DNA of 64,000 nt from the human T2T-CHM13v2.0 reference genome, Homo sapiens. Below, piece after piece: positions 39,982-64,000 of this stretch (positions are counted from its first letter, which is position 1; the number at the start of each line of letters is the position of its first letter). Location: NCBI RefSeq assembly GCF_009914755.1, contig NC_060925.1; one strand, 5' to 3'. A program made the translations under genes and the position numbers. The notes below the pieces were generated by a model. That model saw only the letters and a program-made list of their open reading frames with translations, was not told where the DNA came from and searched no databases.

Positions 39982-40856
39982 TCAAAAAAACCCACAAAAC
40001 TTCCCTGTACTTGTCATTTATTCAGAAAACATTTTTTGAGAGCCAGGCACTGTGATATTGGTTGTTGAGTTGAGTCAGAAGACGCAGATTGGCCAGTTGC
40101 AGTGGCTCATGCCTGTAATCCCAGCACTTTGGGAAGCCAGGGTGCAAGAATTACTTGAGCCAAGGAGTTCAAGACCAGCCTGGGAAACATCAAAAGCCCA
40201 TCCCTGCATGGTGGCGGGCGCCTGTAGTCCAGCTACTCAGGAGGCTGAGGCAGGAGCATGGCGTGAACCCAGGAGGCGGAGCTTGCGGTGAGCCGAGATC
40301 GCGCCACTGCACTCCAGCCTGGATGACAGAGAGAGACTCCGTCTCAAAAAAAAAAAAAAGCCCATCTCTACAAAAAATTAGCTGGGCCTGGTGGTGCGTG
40401 CCTGTGGTCCCAGTTACTTGAGAGGCTGAGGTGAGAGAATCACCTGAGAAAGAGAATTCAAGGCTGCAATAAGACATGATCACGCCACTGCGCTTCAGCC
40501 TGTGCAACAGAGCAAGACCATGTCTTAAAAAAAAAAAAAAGACGACAGACCCTGCTGCCAAAAGTTTACAATGTAGTGAGGAAACAAGGAAATTAATTGG
40601 TGATGACTACAGGATAGAATGATAAATCCTATGATATAAATATACCAAATATCCCATTTAGGGACGTTTAGGGAAGGGACATCTAAATGTCAATTTAATG
40701 AGTCAGGGAGGGCTTCCCAGAGAAGGTGATGTGTATGAGCTCAATTTTGAAGGACAGTGGGAAAGAAGCAGTTGGGAGATGGAAAAACGCTTAGAGCAGT
40801 TATCCTTGTATAGGGTTACTGAAGGATTCAATTCTGAGTAAAGTGTGAGAGGGTAA

Positions 40857-47395
<6,539 letters not shown>

Positions 47396-47399
47396 TACA

Positions 47400-48800
<1,401 letters not shown>

Positions 48801-50130
48801 TCTTACATCTTGTACAATAGAACATCCAGTATGCTTTCTATTGCCTATGGTGCAGAGATTAAAAAGGCTGATAAGCTAGTCCAAAACTACAAAAATAAAG
48901 ATGTAACTGGTATCTATATAGTGCCACGAGTTGGGAGTGGGAAAGAGACGGGGTAGTGGTAAATGGAAAGGAAGGTGGGGAGGGATGGGGGGGTCACAGA
49001 TTCTCATTACTTCTTTCACCAGTTCAAGGGCATAATTGAGTTCAAGTTAATTAAATCAGATTAGTGGGATGCCCATTAAGCAAAAAGTCACCTATTTTGT
49101 AAATGGTTTTCAGTGCTTTTTCTATTGTGTAGTCATGACAGGAAAAAAATATGGAAAAATTTTCCATAAGATTACCACTTCTTAGGTCATTTTCCTTGAT
49201 GAAGTTAGGCTCTAATCAAGAACCAAGAGGCCCATGTATTCTGCTGTACGTTATAGAAATGGGTACAGTTATTTATGGTCATCATTAAATCCCATGCTGG
49301 GCTGTGGTTTGATTGCGATATTGTTTAAAAATGTATTATCACTAAACTGACTTTAATTTTAGATTGAGCAAAATATACTTATGAAGGTAAATTTTATACC
49401 AAAATTTAAAAAAAATTACTACTTTTCAAGCCAAATGATGATTTCTCTCACACTTCTATTAGCACAGGTTATTGGAGTAACAATGAAGGTGATTCTTTGT
49501 TATCTAAGCAGTGATTGATGTTTTTCTAAAAAGTCAATTAAGAGAGGTTACTTGGCACAATAAAGTTATGAAAGTGCTCCAATGGGTTATTTTGGAGACT
49601 AAGAGTAGTATGCTTATATTGTCTATGCCATAGAAGTGGCATTTCTAGAATATCTTGCTTATAATTTTAAACTCAAATGTCTGGAGTAGAGCTTCATTGA
49701 AATATGTTTCCTTTTAAACTTTTGCTGCTGTACCTTATGGATCCTCTCAACTGAGTATGTCTCTAAATTTCCTTCTGTTTCTAGGCTATAAAACTGGACT
49801 GTTTTCTGTCCCCTGTAACTCTTCATGCCCATGCAGTGTGTTTCTGTGTTACTATATTATACTTTTGTTTCTCCTTTGTTTAAGGAGTGGATCACTTTCC
49901 AGAAAAATTTTTATCTAAACACTTGAATTGATTTTTGTATTTAGAGCAGTTCACCAATATGTCTCCAGAGCTGCTATTCTCTATCATGATTTAGTTTTAA
50001 ATTTTAGATAAGTTTTTGATTGTGCAGGTACTGTTTCCCTTTTTTTTAATACCATATGGTGGTTTTTATATTGGGATTCTTATCCTTACTTCATGTGAGA
50101 CAACTGAATTTTATTTTGCTGTGCTCTTAG

Positions 50131-50412
<282 letters not shown>

Positions 50413-50819
50413 TGATCCTCCTCCCTTGGCCTCCTAAAGTGCTGGGATTACAGGCGTGAGCCACTGCGCCTCGCCTGATATTTACTTTTTAAAGATGTAT
50501 AGGTTGGGCATGGTGGCTCAGTCTTGTAAACCCAGCACTTTGGGAGGCTAAGGTGGAAGGATTGCTTGAGCCCGGAGTTTGAGACCAGTTTAGACAACAT
50601 AGTGAACCCCATCTCTACAAAAAATAAAAAAATGAAAAAATTAGCCAGGCATGATGGCATGCTCGTAGTCCCAGCTACTCGGGAGGCTAAGGCGGCAGGA
50701 TCACTTGAGCCCAGGAGGTAAAGGCTGCAGTGAGCTGTGATTGTGCCACTGTATTCCAGCCTGGGCAGCAGAGCAAGACACTGCCTCAATAGATAAATAA
50801 AGATGTATGGATAGTGCAT

Positions 50820-53820
<3,001 letters not shown>

Positions 53821-53824
53821 AATG

Positions 53825-54402
53825 TCACCAGCATCTGGTGAGGGCCTTCTCACTGTATCATCCCATGATGGGAGCCAAACTCATCCTTTTACAAGGAAAC
53901 CACTCTGTGATAACGTGATAATGGCATTAATGCATTCTTTTTTTTTTTTTTTTCTTTTGAGACGGAGTTTCGCTCTATTGCCTTGGCTGAAGTGCGGTGG
54001 TGTGATCTCAGCTCACTGCAACCTCTGCCTCCCGGGTTCAAGCGATTCTTCTGCCTCAGTCTCCTGAGTAGCTGGGATTACAGGCACCCGCCGTCATGCG
54101 TGGCTGATTTTTGTGTTTTTAGTAGAGACAGGGTTTCGCCATGTTGGTCAGGCTGATTTTCAACACCTAACCTCAGGTGATCCACCTGCCTCAGCCTCCC
54201 AAAGTGCTGGGGTTAAAGATGTGAGCCACTGCACCGGCCAATCTGTTGTTTTTTATGTCAAATACAATCCAAGCAGAAATCCATTCTTGAGGGTGGGGCT
54301 TCCATGATCCAAACACCTCTCATTAGGCCCCACGTCCCAACACTGCCACATTAGGGATCAAGTTTCCAACACAGGAACTTGGGGCACGTTCAAACCATAG
54401 CA
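53825..54402 (-). mobile_element. MaLR LTR (MSTC/D-like) interrupted by an Alu
   Basis: gcatctggtgagggcc...cattaggccccacgtcccaacactgccacattagggatcaagtttccaacac...caaaccatagca. Confidence 0.78.
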
Positions 54403-55556
54403 CATAATATTGATATTGAGCCAGTTTGGTATTTCTGTTCCTCTATCGGCGTGTAATTTGTAGTTAAGCCACTGATTATTTTGGACTTTGGTCTAGGAGT
54501 AACCTGTATGAGTTTGTCTATCTCTTCTCTGACCTATCTTGAGTGCTGTCATAGTAGGTCTTTTTTTTTTTTTTTTTTTTTTTTAAGGGACAGAGTCTCA
54601 TTCTGTTTCCTAGGCTAGAGTGCAGTGGTACAGTTATAGCTTACTGCCGCCTCTAACTCCTGGGGCTCAAGCTACCCACTTGGCTGAGCCTTCCGAGTAG
54701 CCAGGACTACAGGTGCACGTCACCATGACAGGCTAATTTTTCCATTTTTTGTAGGGATGACATCTTGCTATGGTGCATAGGCTGATCTCAAACTCCTGGC
54801 CTCGAGCAACCCTCTCGTCTTGACCTTCCAAAGTGCTGAGATTACAGGCATGAGCCACAGTGCGTAGTCCCTGTTTTTAGAAGTTTGTTCTTCAAGAGAT
54901 TCTTCTAGTTGTAACATCTAATAATGATATTTTGCTGTGGCTGTTAGTATAGTATAGTATGTGTAGATGTCATTTTTGGTAGCATACATATTATTTCTGT
55001 TTTATAAATAAACAGATCTAAGAAAGATTAAATAAATTACCCACTGTCACACTGGGTTGTGACAGAGTTATAAAACTTTAGTTTTAGTTATAAAACCTTA
55101 AGCACTCTAGTTCAGTGTTCTGAGTGTGTGATTTCATGTAAGGTTCAGGTTCTTGTGATCTTTGCTGAGTTCTTTGTGTTTCTCTAAATTTATTTCCCCA
55201 TTAGTTTGATAATTTTGCAAATGCTCAAATGTTATGTTTGCTTAATATTATTATTTAGGATTCTGTCTCCTTTGTACATTTTTCTGGTGTTGATTCTTAA
55301 ATTCAAATAAATTCTAGTTCCTAAAGAGCACCTGAGATACTAAAATGTGATTATTTCATGAAGAGGATCTTTACATGTTGCATTTTCAAGCAGTTGAATC
55401 TTTTGGGCCAACTTTCTTGCTTTTGAAATTCCTTAGGCAAATGATATTCTCATTTTAATGTTATTTACCTTTTTATAATAAGAAAGAAGTACAGGCCAGG
55501 CGCGGTGGCTCACACCTGTAATCCGTGCACTTTGGGAGGCCAAGGTGGGCGGATCA

Positions 55557-55772
<216 letters not shown>

Positions 55773-55868
55773 CTAAAAAAAAATAAAAAATAAGAAAGAA
55801 GTACAGTGTGGCCTGTTTAGTGGTTGTTAAGAAACCTTTTTTCTTTTTTTTTTTTTTTTTTGAGATAA

Positions 55869-55967
<99 letters not shown>

Positions 55968-57253
55968 TGAGTAGCTGGGATTACAGGTGCCCGCCACCAC
56001 GCCTGGCTAATTTTTTTGTATTTTTGTAAAGATGGGGTTTCACCATGTTGGCCAGGCTGGTGTCGAACTCCTGACCTCAAGTGATCCACCCGTCTCAGCC
56101 TCCCAAAGTGCTGGGATTACAGACCTGAGCCCCCACACCTGGCCTGAAACCTTTCTTTTATAAGGAGAAATAGGAGAGGCTGGTCTTGAACTCCTGACCT
56201 CAAGTGTTCCACCTGCCTCAGCCTCCCAAAGGGCTGAGATTACAGGTGTGAGCCACCACACCCAGCCTGAAACCTTTATCTTATAAGGAGAAGTAGGAGA
56301 GGCTAGGCCTTCATCTGAGTGATTTGATGTATACAAAGATCCATGTTACCTTTGCTGTGTGCCTTTCTCGAGGTATTCTCTTAAGAACTGAATTAACTGA
56401 TTCCTAGGCTTTTAGACCACCTGCAACAATATCTAGGTTGTAGTGATACATGAGAGACTTCTTAAGATATTGCTTCTTCCTAGAAATAAGATGAGTATGT
56501 AACTTGTATGTTCTACAGTGACAATAAGAATTTATCATTTAATTAACAAGACTAAGTGAGCGTTTCCTAAGAGTAACAAGACCCCTGTGCCTATCCATTA
56601 ATGCTGGAAGTTTTCAAATTATTGCCTCTGAGCTCCTGGACTCCCTGAAGGTGTCTAAGCCTGGTCTCCATCTTTGACCATTTTCCATTCCTTCTAATGT
56701 AGGGAATGCAAATTGATTCAAAATGGCTGAGATGAATTAAAAGAAATAAAAATACTGGAATTGATCAATTACAGAATAAAATTAAAGTGTGAAAATTCCA
56801 GTTTACGTTTCCTATAGGGTCCATTTGGCATATAAATCAGATGCTATAATCCTCTATTATCTGAGAAGCCATCCGTAAAATGTTAGAGGGACATCCAGGC
56901 CTTACATAGATGAGGAAACAATCTGTTTAGTGGCTTCTAACTCACTCTTAAGTTTTATTTATTCTATTTTCTTGCCATTGCTTCTGAAGAATCAGCTTCC
57001 CCAAGCAGACAATCATCAAGTCATTAAAGTCATAAAGACTTTAAGTTATGCAAATATGGAGAATTACTTTTATTAATTAGTAGTGAGGCTCAAGTCATTT
57101 TATAGATGCAAGTCACTATTGCATCCTTTGTTAATATAACCCTTTTCCTTCCTCTGTGTCAGCACATTGCTTGGCACTTTGTAGACAGCAAATATTTATG
57201 GATTTACAGTAAGTCGAAGTGTTGCCTGAATTAAGGTTTTGTTACATGAATAT

Positions 57254-58228
<975 letters not shown>

Positions 58229-58311
58229 AGGGAAAAACATTGAGGAAAATGTTGTAATTGTCTGCAATTGAATGGATTATATCCTTCCTTTTTCTCCTTT
58301 CTAGGATATAA

Positions 58312-58452
<141 letters not shown>

Positions 58453-58611
58453 TGAATACCTGGGATTACAGGCATGCGCCACTATGCCTGGCTAATTTTG
58501 TATTTTTAGTAGAAATGGGGTTTCTCCATGTTGGTCAGGCTGGTCTTGAACTCCTGACCTCAGGTGATTCGCCTGCCTTGGCCTCCCAAATTGTTGGGAT
58601 TATAGGCGTGA

Positions 58612-59035
<424 letters not shown>

Positions 59036-59543
59036 TGAGTAGCTGGGATTACAGGCACATGCCACCACGCCTGGCTAATTTAAAATATTACTCTTTATTA
59101 GAAAAAGAAACATGCTTCATGCTAATTTGGAGGTTATCTGCAAAAGCTTTCTACTTAAGAAAATATTTAGCTTCGTTGAGAACTTCCATACTTTAATATG
59201 TGGATTTGCGATGAAATATGCATGGTCAAATGCAATGCACACATTTACAAATACTGTGAGAGCAAACTAAAAATGAGATTAGGAATCCACTAGCAATTTA
59301 AGTCAGATATTATACTCAGCTTTCTCCCACTAGATATTTTTTTCTTAATGATAAGCTTCCTTTAAGAGTGATTATAGGAAAAACCCTTTTTTCCAACCTC
59401 TATGGGTGGGACTGGAAGGAATTCTAAAAAGTTGGCCAGTAAATATCTGGGCAGTGTATTCTTACAGTCAAAGGAAAGTAAGTTCCCCAGGGATGGCAAG
59501 TATTTTTTCTGGAAAATCCTTATCATATGTCTTATTTATATTA

Positions 59544-60436
<893 letters not shown>

Positions 60437-60798
60437 TTACATAAAGTGTTGCTGGGATGTTGTGGGCTCTAAAGCTGTTGTTTGCAGCAGGTACCAGACT
60501 GGTGCATCTGGATGACCTCCCCCCATAGTACCTGCAGCATTTTGGGGTGTTTGGGTGAAGGTGGATTGTTGACAGCACATAACCAGCATTTAGATTTTAA
60601 GGATCTGCCTTTAGATATGGGTTCATGGCCAAAAGAAAAAAAAAGATTCTAAGGTTTAGTAGTCTTATGGAGAATGCAACATAACCTTAGTCTTCGATGC
60701 TTCATAGATGTAAATCTAAAGGACGCCTAATAGTTTTATATATATATTTTTTGTTTGTTTGTTTTGTTTTGGTTTGGTTTTTTTGTTTGTTTGTTTGA

Positions 60799-60939
<141 letters not shown>

Positions 60940-61075
60940 TAATTTTTTGTATTTTTAGTAGAGACGGGGGTTTCACCATGTTAGCCAGGATGGTCTTGAT
61001 CTCCTGACCTGGTGATCCACCCGCCTCAGCCTCCCAAAGTGCTGGGATTATAGGTGTGAGCCACCATGCCCAGCC

Positions 61076-61371
<296 letters not shown>

Positions 61372-61624
61372 TAGCCTTGCCCAGCAAATGTTTTTATTTT
61401 TTGTAGAAACATGTTCACTGTGTTGTGCATGCTGGTCTTGAGCTTCTGACCTCAAGCAATCCTCTCACCTTGGCTTCCCAAAGTGCTAGAATTACAGGTG
61501 TGAGCCACTGTACCTGGCCGTACCCAATAGTTTTAATTCACTTCAGTTGCTTTAAAAATACATTTGTATTTAATATCTCTGCTATGTTCCCTCTATAATG
61601 CAAGAGAAGCTCAGTAGCAGTTCA

Positions 61625-62170
<546 letters not shown>

Positions 62171-63352
62171 CTAGTTGTAGTAAAATAGAGTACCATTTTG
62201 TACTTGTTGTGAACATGGTGCTTTTTTCTCCCTCCAAATCTTAGTGCATGATCCGTAAAGGTTATTGAATTGTTTTTCAACTTCTTAAAGGAAAAATTTC
62301 AGTTAAAATTTTAGGCACTTATTCTAAATGAATTGAGTTTATATATTTGTCACTAGAAAATTACTATCTTTAGGTCAGGCATGGTGGCTCATGCCTGTAA
62401 TCCCAGCACTTTGGGAGGCCGAGGTGGGTAGATCACCTGAGGTTAGGAGTTCGAGACCAGCCTGGCCAACATGGTAAAACCCCATCTCTACTGAAAATAC
62501 AGAAATTAGCCAGGCATGGTGGTGCACGCCTGTAATCCCAGCTGCTTGGGAGGCTGAGGCACGTGAATTGCTTGAACCTGGGAAGCAGAGGTTGCAGTGA
62601 GCAGAGATGGTGCTCCAGCCTAGGCGACAGAGCAAGACCCTGTCTGAACAACAACAACAAAAAGCCACGATTTTTAGTTCAATAGTAGCTTGTAATTGTA
62701 GTTATAGTATTTGTAAGTTGCTATGGTTTTGAGTGTTGCTTTTAAGACTGTTGTTAGTTACCCACTAAGTTTTAATTGCAAGGAAATTTCAGAGAATGTG
62801 AAAAAGTTTTGGTTAAGACTGGAAAATATCTATTCTTGCTTTCCTCAAAACTGGCTTCAGTGATTACTTAATGACAGCAGAATGCTTTGAAAATATGCTC
62901 TTTAAAGTCTAGCTGTTACTAAAATACCATAATAACTTATATGTAAGTGATAGTTGCTTTTTTGTTGTTGCTGCAACTGTGGTAAGAGGAAAGCATTATT
63001 AGCAAAATCCTTAAGAAAAATATAGTATAAAAAACTGGTAAATAGAGAATTTACAAAAATGGAATGTGGGTGAGAACATGAGACACATGTGTATAGGTTT
63101 GACATCTTTATATTCATTTGAATTCTTTGTTTCCTTGGACTTTGCAGGTAAGGTTGTTTTTTCTTTTTGACAAACTGTATAATAATAATAATTATTTTTA
63201 TTTGAGATGGAGTCTCACTCTGTCACCCAGGCTGGAGTGCAGTGGTGTGATCTTGGCTCACTGCAACTTCTGCTGCCTGAGTTCAAGTGATTGTCCTGCC
63301 TCAGCCTCCTGAGTAGCTGGGATTACAGGCACCTGCAACCACACCTGGCTAA

Positions 63353-63514
<162 letters not shown>

Positions 63515-64000
63515 TAATAGAGATGAGGTCTGTGTTGCTTAGGCTGGTCTTGAACTCCTGGGCTCAAGCCATCCTTCTGCATCAGCCTCCCAAAGTGCTA
63601 GGATTACAAGCATGATCTACCTTGCCCAGCCTGACCATTTCTTCTAATGGAAGTTCCTATATGACAGAGAGACATGGATGATATTAGGATCTTGTTTATT
63701 CTCATCAAACTTTATACTCAATTATAGTCAGCAAATAAACTATTTAGAGTTTTCTTTTCATTTGCTGACTACCTTACCGTTAACTTATTATTTAGTAAGC
63801 AAGAACAAATTTAACCAGCAATTTCGGGAATGAGAAAAGGAGTAAAGAATATATATGGCTTCTGTAATCCGAAAACAGAAAACTCACCATAACCTGGGTA
63901 ATTGAAAGAGTTGCTTTTGTAAAATGTGCCGTTGAAATACTCTTTAAAAAGGGGGTTGGGAGTGTGGGCTGCCTCAAATCTTAACATCGAAGCTAAAGAT

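Noticed and set aside
58280-58310. Strong plus-strand acceptor considered as CMPK1 exon 2
   Set aside because: The following sequence does not encode kinase residues and runs into an Alu tail

Overview
Primate DNA, almost certainly human chr1p33, very rich in Alu repeats. It holds the 5' ends of two genes lying head-to-head about 19.7 kb apart. STIL is on the minus strand: non-coding exon 1 at ~10478-10589, exon 2 at 6719-6805 with the start codon, exon 3 at 1330-1437, continuing off the left edge. CMPK1 (UMP-CMP kinase) is on the plus strand: exon 1 coding region 30388-30558, then an intron running past the right edge. Each gene has a CpG-island promoter. The rest is dozens of Alus, often nested or rearranged, plus a full-length MER11 solo LTR with a 6-bp target-site duplication (TSD), MaLR/ERV LTRs, L1/L2/MIR remnants, Tigger-family DNA transposons and simple repeats. 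Almost all ORFs in the supplied track are Alu-derived noise. I cannot demonstrate a wholly new biological system here. The best leads are two AG|GTAAG zero-length-exon (recursive splice) sites in CMPK1 intron 1, a mitochondrial-presequence-like 32-aa extension of CMPK1, divergent CTCF-like motifs near the CMPK1 promoter, the cryptic RSS at the STIL-TAL1 breakpoint, and several unusual Alu rearrangements. Repeat subfamily names and boundaries are by-eye estimates.
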